Origin: Eledone cirrhosa | Lineage: Eukaryota | Reading direction: 5' to 3' | Assembly: GCA_964016885.1 (NCBI GenBank) | Contig: OZ024758.1 | Location: 992,001 to 1,056,000, forward strand | Length of the DNA stretch: 64,000 nucleotides | In this document: positions 14,101 through 29,068 of the stretch, one piece after another | How the letters are laid out: each line of letters opens with the position of its first letter | How positions within the stretch are numbered: the stretch's first letter is position 1 | Notes under the pieces: model-generated | Seen by the model: only the letters and a program-made list of their open reading frames with translations | What the model was told of the DNA's origin: nothing | Database searches by the model: none | Translations under genes and position numbers: made by a program

Positions 14101-14145
<45 letters not shown>

Positions 14146-14669
14146 CCCCCCCCCCCGCTCTCTCTCTATATATATATATGCACACACACACACACACACA
14201 CACACACTCATTTACACACACACACACATATATATATATACATATATGTTTGGGTATGCAAACACATGTGTGAATATGTGAATGTGTATATATGAATATA
14301 TATATTATTATCAACATAGTTTATGTGAAATTAAGTGTTATGTTCTGCTGTAGGCAAACTATCCGAGTGACGCCACAAAATATACACGCATCACAATTTT
14401 CAGCCATTTCTTAAATTGTTGAGACACATTTAACGTAGAATTTCTTTATTTTTAAAAATGTCATATTACTAACTTGGACTACATTGTCTTAAGATATACA
14501 AAGTTATACACACAAATACACACATGTCTACACACACAAACACACACACATGTACACACACATGCACATCTACATACACACAAATACACACACGAACACA
14601 CCCACATGTACACACACACACACATAAATGCATCCTTACCTACTTTTGTATATACTTAAAATATATATA

Positions 14670-14741
<72 letters not shown>

Positions 14742-14883
14742 TAAATGAACTAACCTATGCACCTATATATGTATATGATTCAATATATATGTACGTACGT
14801 ATATATATATATATATATATATATAAATATATACATATATATTGAATCATATACATATATAGGTGCATATGTTAGTTCATTTA
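14742..14883. repeat. Inverted repeat with about 52-bp arms flanking (TA)n
   Basis: TAAATGAACTAACCTATGCACC...CAATATATATGTA versus TACATATATATTG...GGTGCATATGTTAGTTCATTTA, with one mismatch. Confidence 0.82.
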
Positions 14884-15119
14884 CAATAATTTGTAGTTTA
14901 TATATTAATGTGTCTGTACTCTCAGACGTTTACACACACATATATAAATAAAACACTGTAATGTTTTACCCAGTACATTTCAACATGATATTTCAGAGTT
15001 AAACCCCTCTTTTCAAATGTGAAACGAAAACGGGTACATAGAAACGAATGATTGATGTGTTCTACCCTACAGGGTCACGTGGAAGTCAGGAGATTGAATT
15101 AGGTGAAAGAATTGCAGGA

Positions 15120-15610
15120 GCTGATGCAGTAATACGCCAGCTTCAGTATTCAAAAATATAAAGAAAGGGCGTAGATGTAAAAGCCGAACTCGCTACCTTC
15201 AATTGGGTACTCCTGCCAACCCTTATCCTGAATCTTTGGTAATGACCGAAAGGATACGATCATATAAAAATAAGTGGTCGGAATGGGGTTCCTCTGAAGG
15301 GCCTTTAGAGTAACGTTACATGATAAAGGGCGTTGCTCGAAAATGAAGGAGTCACTCCAGGTAGAGCCGCTATTTCTCTGAATTATGAGATCGCAGTTCC
15401 GATATAAGGACATGTAGTTAGAATGTTTCACGAAATGATCGCTGGACAGATTTTACGGGCAAAACCAGTAAGTAGGAGAGCCAGTGATAAACCTGGTGCA
15501 AGATGGTTGGATAACATCCATGAGTTCGGTTTGTCTCTCTTCAGGATTCAACCCGAAGGCATGTTTGAGGTCTCAGCCCACAAGCCGCTCCCAGTAACAA
15601 GTGGCGAAGA
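15120..15610 (+). mobile_element. Degenerate 3' fragment of an RTE-clade LINE
   Basis: The broken frame gives ESLVMTERIRS...MGFL*RAFRVTLHDK...ESLQVEPLFL*IMRSQ...GHVVRM...KPGARWLDNI, typical of the RTE ORF C-terminus. Confidence 0.75.
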
Positions 15611-15987
15611 TAAATAACATATAAACATACATATATATGTATATATTTGTGTGTGTAAAAGTGCACGTGTGTAGGTGTGTGTCTATGTGCAGGTGCGAGT
15701 GTGTGCGTGTATGTATATATATGTATGCGTCTCTGTGTGTGAGCGTGTGTGTTTTTATGTAAGTATGTGTATATATACATTTATAAATATATATATGTAT
15801 GCATATATAAATATATGTATATGTATATAGTATGTATCTGTGTATGTGTATATAAATATATGTATACATATATATGTATGAATATGCATATATATGTGTA
15901 TGTGTGCATGCATATATATATATATATATATAGTATGTATCTATGTATGTATCTATGTATGCATATATGCATGCATGTCTGCCCGTA

Positions 15988-16225
15988 TGTATCAATGTGC
16001 ATATCTATTTGTTCCTTCTGTGGACGAGAGCTATGTGTATGTATATGTGTATGTATATGTGTATGTATATGTGTATGTATATGTGTATGTGAATGTGTAT
16101 CCGTGTTGTATCAATGTGCATATCTATTTGTTCCTTCTGTGGACGAGAGCTATGTGTATGTATATGTGTATGTATATGTGTATGTATATGTGTATGTATA
16201 TGTGTATGTGAATGTGTATCCGTGT
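15988..16225. repeat. Tandem duplication of about 119 bp
   Basis: Two copies of TGTATCAATGTGCATATCTATTTGTTCCTTCTGTGGACGAGAGC, each followed by a (TATGTGTATGTA)n run. Confidence 0.85.
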
Positions 16226-16869
16226 ATGTTTCTGTGTTTTCTACTTGACTGAGGTCAATATTTCAATTTCCTCCCATTCATTCTAACACACCCAGCACGA
16301 TGACCACCAAGACCACGGCCAGACACAGCCCCTCAGTTTTACTGCGTCTTAACATTACTACCACCAACACCTCTACCATTGAAAATGCGAATCATCAACA
16401 CCACCTCTTCAACACCACTTGTTCTCTATATGACTGACTAACTTCTCCTTTATCTTCTCTCGTTTCCCGTCCTAATTTAACTCATTTATCAGCTGGTGCA
16501 CTTATATTCATGTTTCTGCTCCCTTCTCTCTTAGTCTCCCCTTCCCTTTCACTCAATCTCTCTCATTCGCCCTTTCTTCCTACTTCTCCCCCTTCTCTCT
16601 GTGACCCCCTTTTCATATAATATTGTCCCCACGCACATATTTATGCACATAATCATAATAAGGAATGGTCATAGAATTATAGAGTACCGAGGGTGAGGTG
16701 CTTATGTTTTTATATTCTTAGGAAACTGAAATATCTACAGTGTTCTAGTGTAGAAAGGAGTTCCCGAAGTATATATTTTTGTTCAGTTGTAGGAATTGTA
16801 ATGAAGAAGATATTAAAATAAGGGTCATAAGTTGACATTTAGAACCAGTTCAAACGTTATCGATTAGAC

Positions 16870-17205
16870 GAGAAGGTTCTCACACTTTTGGGGCCACCGC
16901 CCCACCTCATGGCCATGTAGTACCCTCAACGCCCCCAACCCTATTTTCAGAGAGACCTGCCTACATGCAAACTGTAAATAATATATAATAAATAAAATCG
17001 TTAAATATATATAAATAATATAATATATACTATGTATAAATAAATAATATATTTTTTTATTTTACTATATTTATATATATGTATCATTTTATATTTGATA
17101 TACTATTGTATCATCTCTAACCACTACCACCTCCTTAGGCAACATAACCCCATTGGACCTTGTCAAAGCCCCCCCCCCCTTTAATGCCCACTCTGAGAAC
17201 CTCTG
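16870..17205. mobile_element. hAT (Charlie-like) MITE
   Basis: The ends are GAGAAGGTTCTCA and TGAGAACCTCTG. Flanking 8-mers GATTAGAC and GAGTAGAC resemble a target-site duplication. Confidence 0.55.
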
Positions 17206-17526
17206 GAGTAGACCAATATCAAAGTCGTTCCTAACTACTAACTAATGCTCTATGTACACTGAACATTCATGAAAACCGTACTACGTTGTTCATGGAGAGA
17301 TAACATGATGGAGGACATTTGAGATATTGTACAAGTATTACTTGTTGTTATATTCTTTAGAATCAAATAAAACCTGATTGGGTTGATATCTAATCAAAAC
17401 CATTCTAGTTAGAAATAAATTGACTTTCGTATCCTGCCGCTGAGGGAGTTTACCTACCTCTATACCCACTCTGCTCATGTATTGAGTACTCCCATGTTTA
17501 ATGATGTCCCCGGTTTCAGCACCTCA

Positions 17527-17820
<294 letters not shown>

Positions 17821-17821
17821 A

Positions 17822-17914
<93 letters not shown>

Positions 17915-19725
17915 GGTTTAAGTAAATATACATTTTTTTCTATTTCACTTTCTTAACATTTTACCCTACATTTCAATTACGCTGTTAGTGTTTCTACAAC
18001 TTGGATAATTGCATGATCTGTTGAAGACAACATGTCACTTGTTTTGAGGGGAAAACAGCTTATGTCCAAATTAACAGAAAAAACCCCCCAGTTTTACCGG
18101 TTGCGATTGAGATGGTTAACTTGTAATTTAGCTGTTTTTCACTAATGCAGTCTACAGTATTTATTTGACAAATTCGATCTTAATAAAGAATGAATGTATG
18201 TAACTCATGACGAAATGAAAGATAAAAATACTGAAAGAATGATTCAAATGAATAATTATTTATCTAGTTATTTTCACAGATGTGAAAAGATGGATCCACT
18301 GACTGTATGAGTGCAGAGGGAGAACACAGTTGCTGCCACTAATCAAAGACTTTCTCTTGTTGACTCAGCTGTAAAAGTTTACCAGGACTTACTGTCCCAC
18401 TTCCGAAGTTTAAAAGAAAAGCTTGGAGAGATCGTTGAGGTTAAATAGAAGTAAATTATATCTGGCATTGGACCTCATTTCTTGACCCTTTTTTTTATCT
18501 TATCATATTATTTTTGTTAGTGGTGCTGTTGTTGTTGTAGTTGATTATTATTATTATTATTCACTATGAACGGACTCGTTTCACAGAGCTACATGTAGAA
18601 GATTGCCATATGAATTTGTTTTTCTTTTTCTATTTTCTTATTTTTAAGGAGGAGGTTCTTTACTGTGAGTTTGGAAACATTTCAGCGTCTAGACCATTAC
18701 CTGCGGTAGACGAAAAGTTTTCTTTTTTTAGATAATTTCAAAAAATAATCATGTGTAATCTTTACATGCTTTTCAAAATGACCACACGGGTAATGTCTGT
18801 TGTAGTAGCAACAACACAAATATGTATCCAAATTATTTACAAAAAAGAAATAGTATAATACAAAACATAGAACTTGTGTGATATATGTATATAGTACAAA
18901 AAAGAATCGTGTTGGAATTATTCATTTGGTGGACAAAGATAGACCAAATCAGCGCAGTTTCGACAGCAACAGCAACACTCACAACAATTTGTTATTAGCT
19001 AGAAAATGGATTAACTTGTGTCAGCTCAATCTAAAAGATAACTGAACACTGTGTATCAACAGTGTGTTTCAAGAGTGTGTATCAACATGAGACTGTGAAG
19101 TCATGCTTGATATATTTATCCAGGAAGGAGCGAGGGTAAACATGACACACCTCTGTGTTTTATTTTTTCGGTAAATTAAAAAGTATTTCATTATGACGAC
19201 AAAGGAAGGCAGCACGACACTAGTATGACTATTGTATGACAAACCGTTTGGAAGATAAAGCAAGGATACTGGAAAAGATGGTGTACTATATTTATACCTA
19301 CAAGTTGGTGCCATGCCACAGGGATCACAAGAACAGAAGTATTGTGGCCACGGATGTTGACACAGATGCCGAAACGTGGCTGATTGTTGTATCTGCATAC
19401 GGACACAGAAATATGGTGAAATGTGGTAATCGCTAGGTTGATATGTAAATATAAATAAGCAGATTGATTTGTTATCATCCATTCTGTTGTCTAGAAAGGT
19501 ATAGTAAAATACGACTGCTAACTTTTCTGACACGTGAGGATGAAAGGAAGTGTGAATGGAAACATGACGAATTGATAATAGTGGAAGCCACTTTATATAA
19601 GTGATTCATTGACCATGTCTTTTATTACAGCGTATGAGAACACAGATCTATACTCATTCACATATAACATGTTCGTATATACTCTCACAGACACTCACGT
19701 TCATTTGCCTATCTTCATTCATGTT

Positions 19726-19760
<35 letters not shown>

Positions 19761-19761
19761 C

Positions 19762-19819
<58 letters not shown>

Positions 19820-19821
<2 letters not shown>

Positions 19822-19966
19822 CAGTCGATCGACATTCGTCAAATCGGACTGGGGAAACAAAGTTCCCATTGTTCTTTCTAATTGCTAATACTCTCTATCG
19901 GTCGCAACTCCAGGTAGAAGGAGCAACGTGAAATAAAGTGTCTTGCCCAAGGACATAACGCATCGC

Positions 19967-19968
<2 letters not shown>
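19820..19968 (-). mobile_element. 5'-truncated SINE (family S1)
   Basis: Reverse complement of the 3' part of 21305-21520. Confidence 0.78.
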
Positions 19969-20023
<55 letters not shown>

Positions 20024-20151
20024 CTGATTCAGTGAATTACTAGTGTTGGTACCAAAGCAAGCACTCTACGCACAGGCAGTATGCATATATTAGAAAAAAA
20101 CGAGCAAGTTTCGTTTACTTGTAGATCAATATTGGAGTCAGGTTCATAACT

Positions 20152-20198
20152 CCTGTAGGTGAGCATGAGCCAATCCTCTGCGAAACGCGCGTAACAGG
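20152..20198 (+). ncRNA. Hammerhead relic with destroyed 5' core
   Basis: Reads CCTGT-aggtga-gca t gag ccaatc ctc tgc-GAAA-cgcgcg-TA-ACAGG. Stems I and II and the palindromic stem III are present, but CUGAUGA is mutated. It lies in a unique island of about 220 bp between (TA)n tracts. Confidence 0.55.
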
Positions 20199-20288
20199 TC
20201 GATACATTATAAATATCATATATATGTAAACGAAATATTTTTTATATATATATACAGAGAGAGAGGGAGGGGGAGAGAGAGAGAGGAT

Positions 20289-20373
<85 letters not shown>

Positions 20374-20415
20374 GCATACGTGTGTATAAATATGTATGTA
20401 TATATATAAATATAT

Positions 20416-20743
20416 ATATGAAAAGATTCAGGACCTGAATCTTTTCATATCACCCACTGTACTTTCCCAAGTATCGAGTACTGGGTTATGGTCCACCGGG
20501 AAGGTAGTGAAATTTTCAGTGTCTGGAAATTAGTCCGCGCTTGCTTCTTTTCCATTCACTGAATTATTTTTGTTTGAGCTCCCTGTGTCCGCCTATCGCC
20601 AGGGACCTTAGCCGAGAATTGACTCCCTGATGAAGAAAGGAATTCTCCATGGTTTTGAACACTATGTATATCCCCTTTCAGAAAGTAATTAGTTGGAGTG
20701 AAACTTAAGTAAGTTAATTATTATAATTTTCTTATTTTACGTC

Positions 20744-20748
<5 letters not shown>
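20416..20748 (+). mobile_element. Hammerhead-bearing mini-element, family B (hammerhead 20622-20699), starting with a 17-bp-arm palindrome
   Basis: The motif is ACTCC-CTGATGA-a gaaagg...cctttc a-GAAA-gtaattag-TT-GGAGT. The body is nearly identical to the arms of 35858-36397. The 5' end is the palindrome ATATGAAAAGATTCAGG-A-CCTGAATCTTTTCATAT. The element is flanked by (TA)n. Confidence 0.72.
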
Positions 20749-20781
<33 letters not shown>

Positions 20782-21256
20782 CTTTAAATATACCGAAACC
20801 TATGCATACACGTTTACACGTGCACATAGTTGTGGCGTATATATACACCAATAAAAAATAAACTAGCTTTGACGCAGTTTTCTTGTTTGAGGTTTTTCCG
20901 GGTTAAGCAAGAAGTGCTTGACCCCTGCTTTTCATTGTACTTGGACCACACTTCCGTCTTTTCTTTTTCATATTAACTGGGCGTCTTGTAAATATATCCG
21001 TATGGGCGTGTTCAGAGAAGCAAACAATTTTTAAGAAAGAACTAACACATGATTTTATATAGAGTTAAACGTGGTCCGGTTACCTTGCATGTATATTGAA
21101 GTTTAGTAGAATGTGCACCTCCCACATTCACCTAATGCACCCACTCTCGCACACATATGCACACGCACAAACACGCACACACACACACATATATATATAC
21201 AGATATATGTATATATATATATATACATATATATATTCATATATATATATACATAT

Positions 21257-21287
<31 letters not shown>

Positions 21288-21304
21288 GACATATATATAT
21301 ATAT

Positions 21305-21520
21305 GAAGGCGTGTGGCTGAGTGGTTAGAGAATTGGATACGCAATCGTGAGGTTGTGAGTTCGATTCTTGGACCGACTGTGATGCGTTATGTCCTTGAGC
21401 AAGACACTTTATTTCACGTTGCTCCTTCTACCTGGAGTTGCGACCGATAGATAGTATTAGCAATTGGAAAGACCGACGGAAACATTGTTTCCTCGGACCG
21501 ATTTGACGAAAGTCTATCGA
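21305..21520 (+). mobile_element. tRNA-derived SINE (family S1)
   Basis: A box TGGCTGAGTGG and B box GAGTTCGATTC. The body TGTCCTTGAGCAAGACACTTTATTTCACGTTGCTCC is shared with 49356-49560, 19820-19968 (minus) and 54520-54680. Confidence 0.82.
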
Positions 21521-21666
21521 AAAAAAAAAATATATATATATATATTTATATATAGACATATATATATATATATATATAGACGTATATATATATATGTATA
21601 TATATAGACATATATATGTATATATATATAGACATATATATGTATATATATATAGACATATATATG

Positions 21667-21700
<34 letters not shown>

Positions 21701-21868
21701 GACATATATATATATATATAGACATATATATGTATATATATATATATATGTATATATATAGACATATATGTATATGTATAGACATATATATATATATAGA
21801 CATATATATATATATATAAACATATATATAGACATATATATATAGACATATATATATATATAGACATA

Positions 21869-21901
<33 letters not shown>

Positions 21902-22472
21902 GTCTATATGTCTATATATATACATATATATGTCTATATATGTCTATATATATATATATATACATATATTTAAATATATATGTATAAATATATATATATA
22001 TATATAAAGAGAGAGAGAGCGAGAGAGAGAGAGAGAGAGAGAGTCGGGTTCCTGATAAACATGATGTCTTACATAGAAATAATATGACAAGTTTACGGGG
22101 AGGGTTTGGTCAATTATATAGACCTCAGTACTTAACAGGCTGCCTGGGGGATTGTTTTAGCGATTCTAGAAGACTAACAGTTAAAGAATACACCGACAAC
22201 ATTCGAATTCAGAACGTAGAGAGACATAAAAAAATACCATAAGCTACTTTGTCACTCCAACCATTTTACAAATAATAATAAATATTAATTTTTTACTATG
22301 GGCAAGCATGGCTATCTGGTTAATAGTGAGGAAACCCATCATATATCTTAATGATGTCTTTATTAGCCACACAGCTCACATTAAGAAAATATTAAGGACA
22401 GCACAGTACTAAACAGTGTTTGCCTTTCGTATGTTGAGGATAATCAACAACATCAACAGTATCGCGTGGATA

Positions 22473-22670
22473 CGAGCGGAGGGCAAATTGTTCATAGGCT
22501 GACTATGAAGGAATGATGCTAGGGCTATGAAATCTTGCATGCATTAATTTCAATTCTTCGTAACAATAGCTGCATTGTGACTTTGCTGAGAGTATGCTGA
22601 AAAGTAAACCTCATTTGGTCATTCCATGAGAGTATCTTGGTCAGCTTATGAACCTTTTAGCCGAACTTCG
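22473..22670 (-). mobile_element. Mariner-derived MITE family M with TA target duplication
   Basis: Ends are TA-CGAG...TTCG-TA, with the same core as the other copies. Confidence 0.78.
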
Positions 22671-23324
22671 TATAAAACTAATCCGAAATACTAACTTTGT
22701 TCCTATGGAGTGGAAACGTGACTCTGAACTCATTTCCTTTGATTCTCAGAGAATTTTAACAACATTGTTTCTGTACTAATCTGTACCAAGTTTGGACAAT
22801 GGACAATGGTACCCAACAATAGCATTTTTTTTCAAGGACAAAACTATATAGTTAAAAACTTCAACGGAAAACACTCACTAGAAGAAAATGTTAATAGTAG
22901 AAAGCTATACACTTAGAATATTACCTTTTTTCTTCATTTCCTGCTATTTGCAGATTGTTCTTATTCTTCTTATTATTGTTGTTTTTTATTTTTATTTTTA
23001 TATCTTTTAAAAATAAAACGCATTTTAATATATTATATAACGTAGTTGGACCCGCCCTCGTTTTTATATAACTTTCTTTTCTTTATCACTCAGACCAACT
23101 TATCGGAAATATTTTGCATGCGTTGAATTGTATAATTAGCAGTATAGGTAGAGCGTCCCTTTACGTTCTGAGATCAAATCCCGCCGAGGTTAGCTTTGCC
23201 TTTCATCCTTACAAGGTCGATAAAATAAAGTACAACTAACACAATGGCGGCGAATTTGCAGTTCGTGTCGTTAGAACCTCGGATAAAATGTGTTGCGGTA
23301 TTAGTTTCGACTCTATTCTCTCTG

Positions 23325-23399
<75 letters not shown>

Positions 23400-23401
<2 letters not shown>

Positions 23402-23815
23402 GTCTGTCGCTTTTCATCGCAGGAGAAATCCTTGCAAGAATGTTCTTGAACATTGGGAAATAACACCTTCCAGTTATTGCATGTAGATGCAAATCAACAG
23501 AAGCACCACGGCCATGTGAATTGTTTACAGGGAGTTCCTTGAGAAATGTACGTGGCAGAACAAAGAAATGTACTTGACGTTCATAAACTTTACCACAGCC
23601 TGCAATATGTCGAGAATGAAAGCTTTGAGGAAAATCCTAGAATGACTTAATGACTTACTGCCCTGCAAAATATTCAGCTTGCTCATCCACCTACACAGAA
23701 ATCACTGTGTCAATGTTAGAAGCAAAAATGACCTGACAAAACCTTTCCCAATAGGAAACTATAACGACAAGCTGCGATTCGTTTCACCATCTTTCTTCAA
23801 CATAATGCGCGCTTT
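23400..23815 (+). mobile_element. Degenerate RTE-clade LINE reverse-transcriptase fragment
   Basis: The broken frame gives GEILARMFLN...RSTTAM...EKCTWQNKEMYLTFINFTTA...LRKILE*L..CPAK..SLLIHLH...VRSKNDLTKPFPIGN, matching the N-terminal RT motifs of RTE/BovB-like LINEs. Confidence 0.78.
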
Positions 23816-24283
23816 TGTCATCGAAGATATCGATGAATGTCTCACTTTCTTCATCCGATAGTATTCAATGAAACAACACATTAGAGTAAGTCGTCAGAGA
23901 GCTACTCACTGCTGAGGAAGCTAACGGTTTACTCATACAGTATCAGAGCGGAAGACATGACAGCCAAATCTCCACCTATTGATGTCATACGATTTAAAAA
24001 TAAAATAAGGGTGCGTTGGAAATTGTAATTCTTCTTATGTGAAAAGATGGGATGGTCATAAGCTGAATTGAATTTGATGATAGGTTTGCTCAAACAAGAC
24101 TAACCTGAGGCTAACCAACAACAACAAGACCAATAATAGCAGTCATGACGATGGCTGTGGTGAGTTAAGTAGAAATAAAACACCAATAAGAGTATAACTG
24201 CTTAAAAGTGGAATAAGAGAGACAGAGCGACAGAGAGAGATAGAGATAGGGAGAGATAGAGATAGATAGATAGATAGATAGAG

Positions 24284-24334
<51 letters not shown>

Positions 24335-26724
24335 AAGATAGAGAAATAAAGAAGGAGGAAGAGAGAGTTAGAGATCATATTGCCAGGTCATTAGGACACA
24401 AATGTAGGTACGTCTATTAGATTTCAAGTTCTTTCACTTCCTTCATAGAGAGTAGACACCAGCCGTAGAGCCTCTTCAAACAGTGGTGACCAGGTTGGGG
24501 TGGAGGCCTGCACCGGATGCTGTTACACTCATGCAAAGTGGGACGATGGGTTGTGATTGTTGGAGAGGGATGAATATCTGATGTCAGTGTTTAAGATGAT
24601 GATCGTGGTGGGAGAGACGGAGATGGTGGTGGCGATTGTAGTGTTAATGGTGGTGGAGATGCTGTTGTTGTTGTTGTTATTGGTGTTATTGTTGTTGTGC
24701 TTGCTGTTGGGGTTGTGCGGTGTGGGTGGTATTTGCAATGATGATAGTTTCTGTCAGTTTTACTGATGATGATGATGATGATGCAAGTGGTCTCGAGGTT
24801 GCTAGAGATGTTGATGTTTCTGTGGATAAAGATCCTTAGACAAAAAAGAAAGAAATACCTATGGCTAAATATGTTCCAGTGGTGACCATCCCAAAGTTTT
24901 CAAAGACACAGTGCTGCCTCCTATCCACAATATCCAATGTGTCTTCATTTTCCAAATGTGTGTTTTTCATTACAATTTAGCTGTTATGTCTAGCAAGTGA
25001 AGTGACCGCATAGAAGCATCTTCATTGTCTCGCATTTGATAATGATTTGAGTGGAAGTGAAGATGGTGATATGTTTAGTGATGCTGGGGGTGATGGGGTG
25101 GCTCCTATTGAGGATAATTGTAACAATGTTTGGGAGTTGCAGCGGTAACGATGCTGATATAGCTAATGATGCTATTATTGCTACTGTTGATGATGATGGT
25201 TGTAATCATCATAACAATGATTATATATGTGGTGGTGATGGTGGTGGTGGTAGTAGTGGTGGTGGTGATGGTGGTGATGGTGGTGGTGATGGTGGTGCCG
25301 GTGCTGCTGGTGGTGTTGTTGGTGGTGGTGGTGGTGGAGAATATATGAAGCCCTCGAAGTGGGTGGTCAAGTAGATTGATGGCTAGCTGACAAATAATAA
25401 ACATTATTGGCTATCTTCTTGCTTTGTAATTCTTTTTAGTGTTTAGACTATGATGAGCTGTGACCGGGGAAGCTTATGATCAATAACAGAAAATCATAAT
25501 CATCCCATCCTTCACTCAAGTCCTGCGTATCCAGGATTATATCCAATTCTTTGGTCCCTTTTGCAAACGGCAGGTGTTTCTATATAGGCCAGTAAGAATA
25601 GCACCCACATATCCATTCAACCACCCGACCATATTTAGAAAATAGGAAGAAATATCACTGGATAATGTAGTTCATGATAAATAATTATCTTTAAAACAAT
25701 GACGTTTGCGGTATCAAATATGATCTGAAGGCAAAAACAACAAAAACAACACAAATAAAACTTAAATAACAAAGACTACTATTACTGCAAAAAGTGAAGT
25801 TAGTATATTGCAAATATAGGTCCAAGGTCTTCGGGCCGAGGACCATGTCCTCACTTCCTCTCTTCCTCCGAACACAATTATAGACTCTGAAATGTGTCAT
25901 CGTGACTGGCCTACCTCTTTTGATAACCTACAATCATTTGAAAAGAAACATTCGCCATTATAGATCTCTTTTCCTTACATACAACTTACACTGTCTTTGA
26001 TCAGCGACCCGTTTAATCTGGGTTTCACCACCCAAACAATATGACCTGTGTTACGGTAATACCGACATTATCAATACAACAATGTTGTTCTAGGCCACAG
26101 TCTTTTCTCTATTTCTGTTAAGTAAGAGGAACAACAAATATTACGTCTTAGTAATACACGACCTACGTTCTATACGGTATTGTCAATAACAATAGATAAT
26201 CTCATTTTTTTTTCTTTGTAACTAAAAATTTTAATTTCAAAACGTTGAGCTTTTGCCATTTCGACAAATAATTCCAGACTGATGTGACACAGTGGGTCAC
26301 GATATAATAAAATTGATATTTCGGGCCAAATACTTAACAGAGCTTGAAATTGTTCAGCTTAGTGTCAGAGTATTTTATTGTCCGTAATTTTATTTATGAA
26401 TTTAAAAAGAAAGTTTTGTAGTGTAACTGGAATACTTGACGATGCGTGGGACCTTAACGCGTGATATTTCTTAAGTTTCGTTTTCTCTGTAAATCTAAAA
26501 AGGAAGCTAATCACAGAATAGGCGACCAGGAATAATGTGTTCGTGTATGTGGCGCTAAAAGCTCGAATACACCATTCAGCAATACGAAAGATAGATGAAA
26601 TTTGTTTCCTTTTCAATTCCCAGGTCGGTCATGATAGATACCTATTAGTTTTACTCGTTCAGCATATTATTAGCGCTCATTTTTGTAGTCAATTCTTATA
26701 CATATTAAGTTATACATTAAACTG

Positions 26725-26811
26725 GTGAAGAAGGGTTGAAATTAATGCATGATTTCACAGCTCTAACATCGCTCCTTCATATTCAGCCTATGACATTTTC
26801 AGCCTACCCTC

Positions 26812-26853
<42 letters not shown>

Positions 26854-27056
26854 GGGGGCTCCGCTGAAAAGTTCATAGGCTCACCAAGATACTTTCATGG
26901 AATGATCAAATGAGATTTAATTTTCAACATATTCCCTGGAAGGAAACCATGCAGTTATTAATAAAAAAAAAAGTTTGAAATTAATCAATTGCAAGATTTC
27001 ACAGCTCTAGCATCATTCATTCAAAGTCAACCAATGAACTTTTCAGCCTACCCATG
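26725..27056 (+). mobile_element. Two mariner-derived MITE family M copies (partial 26725-26812; full 26851-27056) separated by (TA)n
   Basis: TIR ...TTTTCAGCCTACCCTCG-TA and GCTGAAAAGTTCATAGGCT; the full copy carries the shared core. Confidence 0.75.
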
Positions 27057-27483
27057 TATGTTGAGAATGGAAGCGTGGGTGAAAAAAAGAAAATACTGCC
27101 GTCTTTACTCAGTTTTAATACGAAACCATTGACTCTGAATTAACCCCACGGGTACGGGAGAATCTGTTTGCAGGCAAGACTTTGTACTCTAGACATCAGA
27201 AGCGTGGGAATTGCGTGTGTCACGCATGAGTCAGAATAGGCATAGAACCTGATGGAGCAAATATATTTTTTTACCTATTCAAACACGAAACTTCTAATTG
27301 ATCGATCAAATGAAGTAGCTTCGGCATTTTTTTTTTACTATAGGTGTGTACATGTTCACACCACTACACGCACGCCAACATACACTCATACTTACACACA
27401 CACACATACACACGCATACAAAGACATACACACACGTAAACGTACTCATTTTCTCCCTCTCTCGTCTCTCTCTCTCATATCTG

Positions 27484-27536
<53 letters not shown>

Positions 27537-28400
27537 CAAGATATGTATGTAAATATACGTATTTCTGTAGACAAGTTTGAAGATAAACTATCATACGGAC
27601 ACCTAGGAACATAGACATATATATAAGTATATAAAAAAATGTTATGTGTACAAATATATGGTATATGTGTATTGCTGTGTCGTTCCGGATGTGTCTGAGT
27701 ATGTACATTTATACATTTATACAGATATACACAAACATATATACGTATCTTTATACTGGAGGCAATTTAGGGATATAATTATTAATGTTGTTTGTCACCT
27801 AAGTAAAATCTTGGTAGAGAGGATCTTTACAGATTTTTTAAAAACCATATACAAATTGGAAGTGAATAATCTCGATATTTTCCTGAAAAAAATTCAGATA
27901 ATTCAAGGTAGTTGCCAAAAATCCTGAAGGTTTTTTTAGGGTGTGTATGTTTTTCTTGTATTATCCATAATCAGAGATGGGGAATGAATATTACAGAATA
28001 TATTACATCATCACCGATATCTGATATTGATTATTGTGGGTGTAGTTTGCCCAGTAAAATATGTATGTAATGTCATACGTAACTCATTAATTAGCATACA
28101 CGTCTCATGTCGATGGAGGGATTATTAGATATTTATACACGGTCGGACACAGGTAAACTGGTGCATTTAATCTGCATATATATACACGCTGAATCTCCCT
28201 TACGTTAAGGGTGCACGTATCAGCAGGATGCTCAGCCACTAACCAGCCAAATTCTCAACAACAATAAGAAGAATAGAAAAAACTCAAATCAATCCCACGT
28301 TTCCTGGTTTCAAGGAAATTAGACCTATTGAATCACCACTTTCTTTATTTTTAACATTTAGGATAAAATGTTATATTTATCGCATTTGAAATTATCCGTA

Positions 28401-28449
<49 letters not shown>

Positions 28450-28580
28450 AGTGTAATTTTCTACACAAAACGAAGGTTATAGAGAAAATTGAGGTTGGTA
28501 ATGGCACATGGAATATATAAGAGATAGAATACTTTTTTGTGAAAGAACATATAATTTTATAAGGTAAGGAAATAATAAAG

Positions 28581-28661
<81 letters not shown>

Positions 28662-28704
28662 CAAAATGCTAATAAATGAAAAATATTCTCATAATCAAAA
28701 TATA

Positions 28705-28767
28705 TATTTTATTATATATATTTCAAAGGTATAATGGTGTTTAAGTACGTTTTCATCAGACAAAATA
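28705..28767 (-). ncRNA. Minimal type I hammerhead, family A
   Basis: Minus strand reads TATTTTGT-CTGATGA-aaa c gta...tac c ttt-GAAA-tatata-TA-ATAAAATA. Confidence 0.72.
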
Positions 28768-28974
28768 TATGATTTGATATGCCACATGCCGCTACGGTTT
28801 TGATTACGGGCGCTCTATCTCAAAATTATTTTTGAAAAGCATTAGAAATGCGCAACCGGTAAAAACTTAAAACTAAAACTGAATACTAACCAATACTTAT
28901 TACTAATTTTTACTTATTCCTAATTAAACTATTTTTCACTGGGAAAAATTTGTCAGCATTTTCTTTTTCTTTTA

Positions 28975-29056
<82 letters not shown>

Positions 29057-29068
29057 CGTGTGTGTGTG

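Noticed and set aside
21305-21380. tRNA gene candidates at SINE heads (also 29387-29458 and 49356-49430)
   Set aside because: A and B boxes are present, but no convincing acceptor or anticodon stems were seen, and the heads are fused to repeat bodies.
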